Notes: generated from the sequence alone by a model not told the origin. A stretch of 64,000 nt of DNA from an uncultured Actinomycetes bacterium (GCA_963768605.1 CAVYIP010000002.1:64756-128755); one strand, 5' to 3'; positions 10,924-21,888 are shown, counted from the first letter of the stretch. A program made the numbers and translations.

Positions 10924-11870
10924 TGTTGCGGGTCGAGTCGCTCGAGGTCCGCTACGGCGACACCGTCGCCCTCGACGGCGTCGACCTCGACGTCGGCGAC
11001 GGCGAGGTCGTGTCGGTGCTCGGACCGAGCGGCAGCGGCAAGAGCACGCTGCTCCGCGCCGTCGCCGGCCTCGAGCCGCCCGTGCACGGGCGCGTCGAGT
11101 GGGACGGCGACGACCTCACGCAGGTTGCTCCCCACCGCCGGCAGCTGGGCTTGATGTTCCAGGACCACACCCTGTTCCCGCACCGCGACGTGCTCGGAAA
11201 CGTCGTGTTCGGGCTGCGCATGCGCAGCGTGCCGGCAGCCCAGGCGGCCTCACGCGCCAGCGAGCTGCTCACGCTGGTCGGGTTGGCCGGGTACGAGCAC
11301 CGGCGGGTCACCGAGCTGTCGGGCGGCGAGCAGCAGCGCGTCGCGCTGGCCCGGGCGCTTGCCCCCGCCCCGCGCCTGCTCATGCTGGACGAGCCGCTCG
11401 GATCGCTCGACCGCGCGCTGCGGGAGCGGCTGATGGTCGAGCTGCGCGACCTCTTCACCCGCCTCGGGCTCACGTCGCTGTACGTCACCCACGACCACGA
11501 CGAGGCGTTTGCGCTCGCCGACCGCGTCGCAGTCATGCACGACGGCCGCATCGAGCAGCTCGGCTCGCCGGTCGACGTATGGGAGCACCCGGCGAACGAG
11601 TTCGTCGCGCGCTTCCTCGGATACAACGTCACCGACGCGCTGGGCGGCGGCCGCGTCGCGGTGCGTCCCGATTCACTGCGCGTCGACGCGGAAGGGCCGA
11701 TCGCGGGTGTCGTCACCGCCCGAACGTTCCGACGCGACCACTTCCTGCTCGAGGTGAAGGTCGCCGACGGACCGTCCTTGGAGGTGGCCGTGACCGGCGA
11801 CCGGATCCCGGCCGCCGGCGACCCGGTCCGCCTCGCCGCCGACCCTGCCGCGATCGTTGCTCTGCCCTGA
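10923..11870 (+). CDS. thiQ: ABC transporter ATP-binding subunit with TOBE domain (thiamine uptake)
   Basis: GPSGSGKS, LSGGEQQR, LMLDEP; TGATG overlap with the permease. Confidence 0.85.
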   Translation: MLRVESLEVRYGDTVALDGVDLDVGDGEVVSVLGPSGSGKSTLLRAVAGLEPPVHGRVEWDGDDLTQVAPHRRQLGLMFQDHTLFPHRDVLGNVVFGLRMRSVPAAQAASRASELLTLVGLAGYEHRRVTELSGGEQQRVALARALAPAPRLLMLDEPLGSLDRALRERLMVELRDLFTRLGLTSLYVTHDHDEAFALADRVAVMHDGRIEQLGSPVDVWEHPANEFVARFLGYNVTDALGGGRVAVRPDSLRVDAEGPIAGVVTARTFRRDHFLLEVKVADGPSLEVAVTGDRIPAAGDPVRLAADPAAIVALP

Positions 11871-11881
11871 TCGTCACTCTC

Positions 11882-11900
11882 GCCGCCATCCGGTGGCGGC
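11882..11900 (+). terminator. GC hairpin after the thiamine operon
   Basis: GCCGCCA-tccgg-TGGCGGC, 11 nt after the stop; no U-tract. Confidence 0.4.
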
Positions 11901-11966
11901 ATCTGCACCGAATCTCCACACGCCCGGCAAGACTCCCCGAAACCGGGTTCCTTATCCTGGCGTGCG

Positions 11967-12711
11967 ATGCCCCCGGCTTCTGCGGCCGCCGCCCCGGCCC
12001 GCACGATCGTCGTCGTCGAAGACGAAGCTTCGATCGCGGCCGCGGTCGCGGCGCGGCTCCGCAGCGAGGGGTTCGTCGTCGAGATCGCGGCCGACGGCCC
12101 CGGCGGCGTCGAGATGTGCGAGCGGGTTCATCCCGACCTCGTCGTGCTCGACCTGATGCTGCCCGGCCTCGACGGCCTCGAGGTGTGCCGGCGCATCCAG
12201 CACGACCGGCCCGTGCCGGTGCTGATGCTGACGGCGCGCGACTCGGAGACCGACATGGTCGTCGGGCTGGCCGTCGGCGCCGACGACTACCTGACGAAGC
12301 CGTTCAGCCCCCGCGAGCTCGTCGCCCGAGTGCACGCGCTGCTGCGCCGCGTCGAGCGCGCCGGCGCGGCGACCGCCAAGCCGGACGAGACGCTGTACGT
12401 CGCCGGGGTCGCGCTCGACCTCGCCACCCGCCGCGTCCGCCGGGACGACGACACCGTGCACCTCACGCCCACCGAGTTCGACTTGCTCGCGTACCTCGCT
12501 TCGCACCCGGGCCAGGTGTTCACGCGCGGGCAGCTGCTCGTCGAGGTGTGGGGGTACCACGACGACTCGGGCGCGCGCACCGTCGACTCGCACGTTCGGG
12601 CGCGTGCGTCGCAAGCTGGGTCCCGACGTGATCCGCACCGTCCACGGGGTGGGCTACGCGGCCGACGACGCCGCCGTCACCGCCGCATCGGGCGCCCGGG
12701 ACCGATCATGA
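11967..12711 (+). CDS. OmpR-family response regulator, frameshift near 12603
   Basis: VVEDE, LDLMLPG, MLTAR, GADDYLTKPF, LTPTEF, RTVDSH; IRTVHGVGY in the shifted frame. Confidence 0.9.
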
Positions 12712-13776
12712 GCCCGCGCCGACCGCTCGACACCGTCTACTCCCTCAAGATCAAGCTCGGCGCCGTCATCTTCTCCGCGGTCGCAGTGACCGTGTTCGTG
12801 TTCTGGCTGTGCCTCAAGGCCGGGGTGTGGCCGTCGATCAGCGGGGTCATCGCCGGTTCCCTGGCGCTGGTGATGGTGCGGTTCCTCGCCCGCGGGATGA
12901 CGTCGCCGTTGCGGGAGATGGCCGACGCGGCCCGGGCCATGGCCAAGGGCAACTACGACAGCCGCGTCGCCGCGACGCTCGCGCGACGAGGTCGGCGAGC
13001 TGGCGCGGGCGTTCAACAAGATGGCGGCCGAGCTCGCCGAGACCGACCGCGTGCGCCGCGATCTGGTGGCGAACGTCTCGCACGAGCTGCGCACGCCGAT
13101 CGCCGCGCTGCAAGCCGTCCTCGAGAACCTCGTCGACGGGGTCGAGGAACCCGACCCGCAGACGTTCCGCACGATGCTGGCCCAGGTCGAGCGGCTCGGC
13201 CGCCTCGTCACCCAGCTCCTCGACCTGTCGAGGTTGGAGTCGGGGGCGGTGCCGCTGGACTGGAGCGAGTTCGACGTGAAGCCCGTCCTCGAGCACGCGG
13301 TGCGCGAGCAGCAACTCCACGCTCCCGGCGTCGACGTCGCCGTCGTCGTCGAGACGCCCGGGCTCACCGCCGACGGTGACCCCGAGCGCGTGCACCAGGT
13401 GGTCGCGAACCTGCTCGAGAACGCCGTCCGTTACACGCCCACCGGTGGACGGGTCGAGGTCCGGGCGCGGCGCGCCGCCAACGGCCGGACCTTCGGTCAC
13501 GGCTCCCCGCCGACCTCGACCGTGACGATCGAGGTCTGCGACGAAGGCCCCGGCATCGCCGAGGTGGAAGAGGCCCGCGTGTTCGAGCGCTTCTACCGCG
13601 TCGACACGGCCCGGGCGTCGAGCGACGGCGGCGCCGGGCTCGGCCTGGCGATCGCGCAGTGGATCGTCGACCTCCACGGCGGCGACATCCATCCCGAACG
13701 TCGCGAGCCGCACGGCTGCCGCATGGTCGTGACGCTGCCCGGAGCGGCGGCGCAACCCGAGCGAGTCCCGAACTGA
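12708..13776 (+). CDS. HAMP-domain sensor histidine kinase, frameshift near 12982
   Basis: Two closely spaced TM helices, HAMP, SHELRTP, NLLENA, DEGPGI, FERFYR, GAGLGL. Confidence 0.9.
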
Positions 13777-13787
13777 GGAGCACAGCA

Positions 13788-14432
13788 ATGGAGCTGTCCA
13801 CGATCGACGAGGCGCTGCGGCGGATCCGCCGGGGCGAGATGGTGCTCGTCGTCGACGACGAAGACCGCGAGAACGAAGGCGACCTCACGATGGCCGCCAG
13901 CTGGGTGACGGCGGAGGCCGTCAACTTCATGCTGCGGTGGGCCCGGGGGCTCGTCTGCATGCCGTGCGACTCGGCGCGTCTCGACGAGCTCGCCATCGAG
14001 CCGATGATCCCGGACGGCCGGGCGACGTGCGACACCGCGTTCTGCGTGTCGATCGACCACGCCACCGCCGGCACCGGCATCGGCGTCCAGGACCGCGCCA
14101 CGACCATCCGCAAGATCCTCGACTCGGGCAGCCGCTCCGGCGACTTCGTGCGACCCGGGCACGTCTTCCCGCTGCGCGCCCGTGCCGGCGGCGTGCTCGA
14201 GCGGCGCGGTCACACCGAGGCTGCCGTCGACCTCGCCCGGCTCGCCGGGCTCCCGCCCGTGGCCGTGATCTGCGAGGTGCTCCAGGACGACGGCTCGCCG
14301 GCCCGGTTGCCGTTCCTCGAGATGTTCGCCGCGGACCATCGGGTGGCGATGATCTCCGTCGACCAGATCGCCGAGCACCGCCGCGAGCTCGCCGCGGCCA
14401 CCCAGCGCGCCAAGTCGCCGCTGCTGCTGTAG
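13788..14432 (+). CDS. ribB: 3,4-dihydroxy-2-butanone-4-phosphate synthase (stand-alone)
   Basis: DDEDRENEGD, GLVC, RPGHVFPL, RRGHTEA, ICE; RBS GAGGAG. Confidence 0.93.
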   Translation: MELSTIDEALRRIRRGEMVLVVDDEDRENEGDLTMAASWVTAEAVNFMLRWARGLVCMPCDSARLDELAIEPMIPDGRATCDTAFCVSIDHATAGTGIGVQDRATTIRKILDSGSRSGDFVRPGHVFPLRARAGGVLERRGHTEAAVDLARLAGLPPVAVICEVLQDDGSPARLPFLEMFAADHRVAMISVDQIAEHRRELAAATQRAKSPLLL

Positions 14433-14437
14433 CTCTC

Positions 14438-14695
14438 CTACGCGCCCGGGTCCTCGCCGAGCTCGCGCAGCGCGGCGGCGAGGGCGGCGCGCAGCCGGCG
14501 GGCCTTGTCGGGGGCGAGGTGGCCGACGAGTCCGTAGCCCGCACGACCCTGCTCCTCGACGGTCAACACGACGCGCAGCTCGCCGGCGCCACACGCGTCG
14601 CAATCGTCGGACACGGCCACCGCCCACGACACCGGCGGTCGCTCGTCGTCGTCGGGAGGATGGTCGTCGACGGCGTCGTCGATCGATTTGCGCAT
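14438..14695 (-). CDS. Small hypothetical protein with CxxC (CDAC)
   Basis: Fills the gap after yhhN; GGA(T)AGGAG-like RBS upstream; high GC3 codon pattern. Confidence 0.6.
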   Translation of the reverse strand: MRKSIDDAVDDHPPDDDERPPVSWAVAVSDDCDACGAGELRVVLTVEEQGRAGYGLVGHLAPDKARRLRAALAAALRELGEDPGA

Positions 14696-14702
14696 GCTTC
14701 TC

Positions 14703-15344
14703 CTATCCGTGCACGAGCGACAGCGTGAGGCCGGCCTGGCCCAGGTGGTACGTCACCATGATGACGACCGGCGCCCAGTGCCTGGGACCGACGAACCGCG
14801 TCTCGGCGATCAGCGCGTCGGAAGCCATGAACAGCACCGCTCCGCCGGCGGCCAGCACGTTGCCCGACGCGACGGCGCACGTGACCATCGCCGCGATCAC
14901 CGCCATGTACGCCACGAGCGGGCCAAAGAGCTCGCGGTGACCGCCGGCGCGCGCCGCCCGGAGGAACCGTGCGCCGAGAAGACCTGCGACCGCGACCACC
15001 GGGATCGCCGCGACGAGGAGCGCGCCGGCGGAGCCGCCGTGGCGGGTGAGGCCCACGACGTATGCGACGTGGGCGAGGAGGAACGACGCCAAACCGGCGA
15101 CGAACCGATCGGACGGAAGCATCAGGAAGACATCACCGGCGAGTGACAACACGAGCGCGGCGACGAACCAGGCGCGCACGTCGCCGTGCGCCGGATCGAG
15201 AGTGAGCGCGACACCGATCAGGGCGGCCAGCGCGCCCGGCTTGCACACGTATTCGAGCCGCTTGTCGCCGCGGGCAACGGCGAGCCAGTCCCCCACCGCC
15301 AGCACCGCCGCCACGACCAGCAGCGTCCACGCCCCCGCCGTCAC
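14703..15344 (-). CDS. YhhN-family lysoplasmalogenase-like membrane protein
   Basis: CKP, SLAGDVFL, FLLAHVAY, LFMASD, TYHLGQ motifs. Confidence 0.87.
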   Translation of the reverse strand: MTAGAWTLLVVAAVLAVGDWLAVARGDKRLEYVCKPGALAALIGVALTLDPAHGDVRAWFVAALVLSLAGDVFLMLPSDRFVAGLASFLLAHVAYVVGLTRHGGSAGALLVAAIPVVAVAGLLGARFLRAARAGGHRELFGPLVAYMAVIAAMVTCAVASGNVLAAGGAVLFMASDALIAETRFVGPRHWAPVVIMVTYHLGQAGLTLSLVHG

Positions 15345-15422
15345 GGCCGACTGTCTAGCCCGAATGCGCTGCGACGGCTCCGCTCGCGACGAGTCGAGAA
15401 GCCCCTCTACGCTGGGGCCACG

Positions 15423-16999
15423 ATGCTGACGGATGCGGAACTCGTCGCGTCGGCGCGGTCGGGTGATCGAGGGGCCCTCTCGGAGATCTACGACGGCTAC
15501 GCCGACCGCCTGTACGACCTGTGCACCTCGGTGCTGCGTGACCCCGAAGCGGCGTTCGACGCCATGGTGGACACCTTCGTGCTGGCGGCGCTCGAGCTGT
15601 ACCGGCTGCGGCGGCCCGAGAAGCTCGAGCCGTGGCTGTTCGCGCTGGCGCGCCAGCAGCTGCTCGGGCGTGACATCCGGGTGGGCGTCGACGAGCACGC
15701 CGAGTTCGACGGCGCGACCGGCAAAGCAGCATCCGACGGCGCCGGCGCCATCGTGTGGGAGGCGGTGTCGTGGCTCCCGGGCAAGGAGCGGATCCTGTTG
15801 GACCTGCACGCCCGGCAGCCGCTCGACAACCAGGCGTTGGCGGACACGCTCGGCGTTTCTCCCCCGCACGCCGCTGCGCTCGTGCGCGACCTCGACGAGA
15901 AGACGGAGCGCCAGCTGAGCGCCCTGCTGGTCGCCCGGCTGGCCAGTCCCGGCTGCGAGCACATGAAGAAGCTGATCGCCGGCGAGGACGAAGCCCACCC
16001 CGACAGGTGGCTGCGCCAGGTCGCCGCGCACGTCGACAGGTGCCGGAAGTGCACGTTCTGGCGCGAGGAACAGCCGAAACCCATGCTGCTCATCGGCGAG
16101 GTGCCGGCGGAGCCGGCGCCACCCGAGGTCCGCGACGAGGTGCTGGACCGCGTCGACCTGTTGTGGTCGATGCTCGGCCCGCCCGAGTGGACGGCCTCAG
16201 TGCTGGGCCAGTCCCCGCCCGACGTGGCGACCGAAACATCCGCCGACGACCGACACGACTGCGGCGACGAGCGACACGGACGCAGCGCCGCCGGAGCCGA
16301 CCGAGTCGACGGAGCCGACCGAGCCCGTCGAGATCGCCGCCCCGGTCGAGACCGCTGCGCCCGTCGAAGGCAGCCAGGGCGAGGTCGCCGACCGCGAGTA
16401 CGACGCCTACGACGAGGTCGAGAGCCTGGTGCCACCGCCGCCTCGGCTGCGTCGCAGCGGCTTCCCGCGCTCGATGTACCCGGGGCGCCGTCTCGTGGTC
16501 CGCGCCGCCGTCATCGCGCTGGCGGCGGTGTTCGTCGCGGCCATCGTCACCGACTTCCGCGGGTTCGGCCGTGACACCCGGTCCTTCGCCGCCGAAGCGA
16601 AGGCCGCCGCCAGGGAGAAGCCGCCCGCCACGACGACGCCGGCGACGACCGCTCCGCCGGTCACCACCGCTGTGCCAGGGCCCGACACCCGCGCCGCCGT
16701 TCGTCTACAACCTCGCAACCGTCTTCGGATGCATCGGCCCGCGCCAGACCACCACCTCGGCGCTGGCCAGCGTGGTCGATCCCGGGGACCACCTGGCGGC
16801 GGCGGAGCTCGTGTACGTCGACCCCGCTTCCGGGGCCGAGACGCGCAAGCGGATGACGGCCTCCGGCGGCGCGTTCGAGGCGCCGATCGGGCCGTACGCG
16901 GCCGACGGCACGATCACGTGGCAGGTCGTCGCGACCGACGAGGCCGGGAACTCGTCGAGCGCCGTAGGCCCGTCGGTGGCTGCCTCAGCGGCCTGCTGA
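15423..16999 (+). CDS. ECF sigma factor fused to zinc-finger, TM helix and extracytoplasmic domain (several frameshifts)
   Basis: DAELVASARSGDRGALSEIYDGY...PWLFALAR (sigma2), degenerate sigma4, C...HVDRCRKC, TM RLVVRAAVIALAAVFVAAIV, PT linker, beta-rich C-terminal domain. Confidence 0.75.
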
Positions 17000-17024
17000 C
17001 CCGACGCCCGGTGCGCGCCCGCGC

Positions 17025-17616
17025 TCAGGGTGCCAATCGCTCGCGCACCCATCCGTCGTCGACGCGGCGGTACCGGACGCGATCGTGCAGCCGGTTCGGC
17101 CGCCCCTCCCACAGCTCGACCTCGTCGGGAGTGACGACGAAGCCGCCCCAAGAGTCCGGCAGCGGCGGGTCGTCGCCGTACCGGGCGGCGGCCGCCTCGT
17201 ACGCCGCTTCGAGCTCGGCGCGATCGGCGACGACCTCGCTCTGGGGCGACACCAGCGCGCTCGAGGCGACTCCCGAGCGGGCGGTTGCGCCAGTACGCCA
17301 GCGACTCCTCCCGCGACAGCCGCGCGACCGTCCCCGTCGCCCGCACCTGCCGTTCGACTTCGCGCCAGTGGAACACGACGGCGGCCCGCGGGTTCTCGTC
17401 GAGGTCGCGGGCCTTCGGACTGCGGTAGTTCGTGTAGAACGCGAAGCCTCGCTCGTCGAGGCCTCGCAGCGACACGGTTCGGGCCGACGGCATGCCGCCG
17501 ACGCCGGCGGTCGCGATCGTCATCGCGTCCGGCTCGCGGACGCCCCCGGCCACGGCCTCGTCGAGCCAGGCCCGAAACTGCACGATCGGATCGGGATGAA
17601 CGTTGTGCTCGTCCAT
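17025..17616 (-). CDS. pdxH: Pyridoxamine 5'-phosphate oxidase, frameshift near 17260
   Basis: DPIVQF, PSARTV, FYTNYRSPK, RQVR, WGGF, ELWEGRPNRLHDR. Confidence 0.92.
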
Positions 17617-17663
17617 GCTGCCTCCCGCGCGATGCTGGTGGCCCTCGGAGTCGGGAGGGCACG

Positions 17664-18200
17664 ATGGGCTTTCACCATGTCGCAGTCGCTACTCGGAACG
17701 TGGCCGCGACCCACGCTTTCTACACGGAGGCCATGGGCTTCGACCTGGTGAAGGTCGAGGCGGCGGCCACCGACGGTGGCGGCTGGGCCCGGCACCTGTT
17801 CTACGACACGCACGGCCAGGGGCTCATCGCGTTCTGGGACATCCACGACGACGAGAACGTCCCGGCCGACTTCGAGCCGTCGCTCTCCGCCGGGCTGGGA
17901 CTCCCGATCTGGACCAACCACCTCGCCTTCGACGCCGGCGACCTGGCCGGGATCGAGTCGCACAAGCGCCGGTGGCTCGACGCCGGTCACGACGTCGCCG
18001 AGATCGACCACGGCTGGTGCACGTCGATCTACGCGATCGACCCCAACGGGACGCTGGTGGAGTTCTGTGCGACCACGAAGGCCTTCACCGACGCCGACCG
18101 CGAGGACGCGCAGCGGATGTTGACCGAGGCGAATCCGCCACTGAACGAAGCGCCGGCGCCGACGTTCCACCAGGCTCAGAAGACCGTCGCCGCCACCTAG
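17664..18200 (+). CDS. VOC/glyoxalase-family protein
   Basis: FHHVAV, NHLAF, DHGWCTSIYAIDPNGTLVEF. Confidence 0.85.
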   Translation: MGFHHVAVATRNVAATHAFYTEAMGFDLVKVEAAATDGGGWARHLFYDTHGQGLIAFWDIHDDENVPADFEPSLSAGLGLPIWTNHLAFDAGDLAGIESHKRRWLDAGHDVAEIDHGWCTSIYAIDPNGTLVEFCATTKAFTDADREDAQRMLTEANPPLNEAPAPTFHQAQKTVAAT

Positions 18201-18210
18201 CCGCTCGCGC

Positions 18211-19432
18211 ATGGCCCGAACCACGCGCGCCGGCCGCTACGACAACCCCTACGCGGTCGCGGAGTGGAGCCGTCCGCCACCCACCGGGACGAGCTGCGAG
18301 CCGCTCGTGCTCGAGACGGCCGACCGGGCGGTGGCGGGCGGTTGGCTGTACGCGCAGGGCGGCGAGACCACGGCGGTGCTGCTGGTCCACCCGCGGGCGA
18401 ACTTCTCGCACCACTACGCCGTCCCGGGGCTGGTCGACGCCGGGTACGCGGTGCTGTGCCTCAACACGCGCTGGCTGAACAACGACTCGACGCTGCTCCA
18501 CGAGGTCGTCCTCCTCGACGTGGCCGCGGGCGTCGCCGCACTCCGAGAGCGCTACGACCGCGTCGTGCTGTGCGGAAACTCGGGCGGCGGGTCGCTGCTC
18601 ACGCTTCTACGTGCAGCAGTCGAGCGCCACCGGGTCGCGGCTGAAGGACACCGCGGCCGGTGACCCGTTCGATCTCGACCGCTTCGACCTGCCGGCGGCC
18701 GATGCCATGGTGTACCTCGCCGCCCACGTCGGGGAGGGCTTCTACCTGCTCCACGCCATCGACGCGTCGGTGACCGACGAGCGGGACCCGGTGTCGTGCG
18801 ACCCTGCCCTCGACCTGTACGACCCCGCGAACGGGTTCGTCGAGCCGCCGGGCGAGACGCGGTACGAGACCGACTTCGTGAAGCGCTACCGCGAGGGACA
18901 GCGTGCGCGGGTGGAGCGCATCGACGAGGAGGCGCGCGAACGGGTCGCGAGGCGGCGCGAGGCTCGCGCCCGTTGGGATCAGTCAGGATCGATCGGGGAT
19001 CGCCGGCGGTCGATCGCCACCGACTTCCTCACCGTGTACCGCACCGACGCCGACCCGCGCTACGTCGACCTGTCGCTCGACCCGTCGCGGCGGACGGTCG
19101 GCTCGCTGTGGGGAGTGCGGCCCGACTGGATCAACTACGGCGCCGTGGGGTTCGGCCGCATCGTGTCGCCGGAGGCGTGGCTCTCGACGTGGTCCGGCTT
19201 GTCGTCGCGGGCGTCGATCGAGCGCACCGGTCCGGGGATGGCGCTTCCCGCGCTCGTCGTGAGCTACGCGGGCGACCACGGCATCTTCCCGTCCGACACC
19301 GACCTGATCGCCACGTCGCTCGCCGCGCCGCGCGTCGACCGCGTCGAGATCGACTCGGATCACTACGGATTGCCAACCGGCCGGGACGAGGCCGTCCTTG
19401 CGATCGTCGACTGGATCGACGCGACGGGCTGA
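18211..19432 (+). CDS. Alpha/beta hydrolase, frameshift near 18605
   Basis: GNSGGG nucleophile elbow, C-terminal Asp (GD) and DH; continues in ORF 18611..19432. Confidence 0.78.
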
Positions 19433-19435
19433 AGA

Positions 19436-20224
19436 TCAGCGCTTCGAGCCGCTGGTGATGAAGAAAGTGACGGCGTACAGGAATTCCCCGCCGGCGACGG
19501 AGGCGTCGATGGCGGCCTCCCAGCTGGCGAGCTCGTCGTCGGCGAGCAGCCCTTCGGCGTGCATGAGCCGGGGCCACGTCATGAACCCGAACGCATCACG
19601 GGGATCCGTGAGGACGAGCGTCGCCGCCTCGCATTCGACATCGGCGAGCCCCGCCCGCCGGAACAGGCGCGGGAGCTGCCGCCCGATGGTGCCGTTGCAC
19701 AGGTTGCGGTCCCGCCGGAAGTCCTTGACCTTGCGGAGCAGCTCGGGGTCGGGGACGTCGGCGACGAGCGTCTCCTGATCGGGATCGATGGCGACGACCC
19801 GCCCACCCCCGCGTGTGACCCGGGCGATCTCGTGGACCGCGTCCTCGGGCCCGGGGACGTGCTGCAGCACGCGGTCGATGCGGGTGCCGTCGAACGCGCC
19901 GTCTTCGTAGGGCAGCGCCCGGGCGTCGGCTTGCAGGTAGGACCCGCCGCGGGTGTGGGCCGCCTTGAGCATGACCGCCGACGCGTCGACGCCGATCGCG
20001 ATCCCGTCGGGACCCGCCGTCATCGCCAGGGCGCGGGTGTCATGGCCGGTCCCACAGCCGACGTCGAGGAGACGAGCGCCCGGCTTGACCTGCAGCAGGT
20101 CGACCGTCCGCTCCTTGTAGGCGCGAATGAACGGCCAGTCGCACATCGTGTCCATCCACTCGGCCGCCCCCACGGGGTCGGGCGAGCGGTCGACATCGGA
20201 GTAGGTACCGGTCAGATGCACCAT
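19436..20224 (-). CDS. Class I SAM-dependent methyltransferase
   Basis: LLDVGCGTG, DARALPY, DRVLQH. Confidence 0.85.
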   Translation of the reverse strand: MVHLTGTYSDVDRSPDPVGAAEWMDTMCDWPFIRAYKERTVDLLQVKPGARLLDVGCGTGHDTRALAMTAGPDGIAIGVDASAVMLKAAHTRGGSYLQADARALPYEDGAFDGTRIDRVLQHVPGPEDAVHEIARVTRGGGRVVAIDPDQETLVADVPDPELLRKVKDFRRDRNLCNGTIGRQLPRLFRRAGLADVECEAATLVLTDPRDAFGFMTWPRLMHAEGLLADDELASWEAAIDASVAGGEFLYAVTFFITSGSKR

Positions 20225-20265
20225 TTGCGTCAACGTAACCCAGGAGAAAACGGACTAGACGACGA

Positions 20266-20767
20266 TCAAGCCGTCCGCGCTACGAAAGGCCGGGGGATCA
20301 TACGCAACAGACGAGCCCGGTTGTAGCGCTGGATCGCCAGGCACGGGACGTTGGCGATGATCCCGTATCCCAGCATCGCCATCCCCAGCCACCACGGGTT
20401 CCACAGGAAGAACCAGGGACTGGCGGCGAGGATCAGCCAGTGGGTGAGCTCGGCCCGCCGGGTCTCGACGGCGAAGCGCTCGAGATAGACGGGGTCGGTG
20501 GTGCTCACGCGCCGCTTCGAGAATCCCCCTCGGAAGAGCGCGCCGGCTTCCGGGAGTCGGTCCTTCCACCGCTTGATGCGCAGCCACCGTTCGTAGAAGC
20601 GGCCACCGGCCTCGAACCCCCGGATGCGCAGCAGTCCGCGGTCGCGGGCCAGCCGGGACGACGGGATGCGATGCGCGACGTAGCCGCACACGCGCGCTCC
20701 AGGACGCCCACACGCCGGCGTCGATCAACACGATGAGGAGATTCCGCCGCGTCGCCAGGGAGCTCAC
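20266..20767 (-). CDS. CrtO-like (glycosyl-carotenoid) acyltransferase, frameshift near 20695
   Basis: FYERWLRIKRWKDRLPEAG, ETRRAELTHW, NVPCLAIQRYNRARL; GTGA overlap with the GT2 gene. Confidence 0.72.
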
Positions 20768-21888
20768 CGCCTCGCCCGCTCCGGTCGCACCAGGACGGCG
20801 CGCCCCTTCCACCGGACCTGTCCACGGGCGGTGAGCACGATCGACCGCAAGAAGATGACGAACCACGCCGCCAGCGGTATGGGGAACAGCACGGCCGCCC
20901 ACGAGTAGTTGCCGAGCGGGCGGAGCTGCACGGCCAGTTGCACCGCGAACGCGACGAACCCGACCCACAAGACGACTCCGGGGCCCGACCACCCGCCGAT
21001 CGCCGCGATCGCTTCGCGCAGAGGCGCCTGCGCGGCGGTGCCCACGCCCACCACCCACGCGAACACGAGCAGGAAGCGCAGCACCGGGGTGGACCCGGCG
21101 CCGGACGCGAAGTTCTTGCTCCAACCCTCGACGAGGTCGCGGAGGCCGCCGCCGTAGAGGCGGAAGCTGATCGCGCCCCGCCCGCCCGCGACTCGGACGG
21201 GCAACCCGGCGCGGCGGAACTGCTGCGCGAGCGCCACGTCGTCGACGACGGCGCCGCGTATCGACTCGTGACCGCCGGCGGCGTCGTAGTCGTGGCGGTC
21301 GCATGCCAGGCACGGTCCGTACGCGCCGGTGACGGGAGTCGAACGACGCGCCGAGGCCGCCCCGATGCCCATGAGCGAGATCACACTGAAGAAGGCCGAG
21401 AGGCGCTCGTACTGTCGCCGCATGCGGTGGTACGGCATCACCGACAGCAACCCCGGGCGGTGAGCGAGAGCGTCGAGCAGGCGGGCGAGCAGGTCGGGTT
21501 CGGGTTCGGTGTCGGCGTCGAGGAACACGAGCACGTCGCCCGTCGCCCGTCGCGCGCCGGTCCAGCACGCCCACGTCTTCCCCGTCCAGCCGTCGGGAAG
21601 GGGCGGAGCGGCGATGACGTCTGCGCCGGAGGCGGCGGCGACGGCACTGGTGTCGTCCTCGGAATCGTCGTCGACCACCAGCACCTCGTCGGCGGGGCGC
21701 GTCTGGACGGCGAGCGCGCCGAGCAGGCCGGGAAGACGGCCGGCCTCGTTCCGGGCCGGCACCACCACGGACACCCGCCGTCCGGGGGCAGCGCTCGAGG
21801 CGGGCGGGAGTCGGGGCACCCGCCAGAGCAGCAGCCACCCGATGATCCAGGTGACCGCGAGCAGCGACACCTCGAACAGCGGTCTCAC
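20764..21888 (-). CDS. CrtQ-like family 2 glycosyltransferase
   Basis: VPARNEA, VDDDSED, GWTGKTWAC, FLDADT, EGWSKN, VRWKGR. Confidence 0.85.
   Translation of the reverse strand: MRPLFEVSLLAVTWIIGWLLLWRVPRLPPASSAAPGRRVSVVVPARNEAGRLPGLLGALAVQTRPADEVLVVDDDSEDDTSAVAAASGADVIAAPPLPDGWTGKTWACWTGARRATGDVLVFLDADTEPEPDLLARLLDALAHRPGLLSVMPYHRMRRQYERLSAFFSVISLMGIGAASARRSTPVTGAYGPCLACDRHDYDAAGGHESIRGAVVDDVALAQQFRRAGLPVRVAGGRGAISFRLYGGGLRDLVEGWSKNFASGAGSTPVLRFLLVFAWVVGVGTAAQAPLREAIAAIGGWSGPGVVLWVGFVAFAVQLAVQLRPLGNYSWAAVLFPIPLAAWFVIFLRSIVLTARGQVRWKGRAVLVRPERARR

Noticed and set aside
11967-13379. Response regulator fused to TM/HAMP
   Set aside because: The IRTVHGVGY end and the ATGA overlap at 12708-12711 show two genes plus an indel
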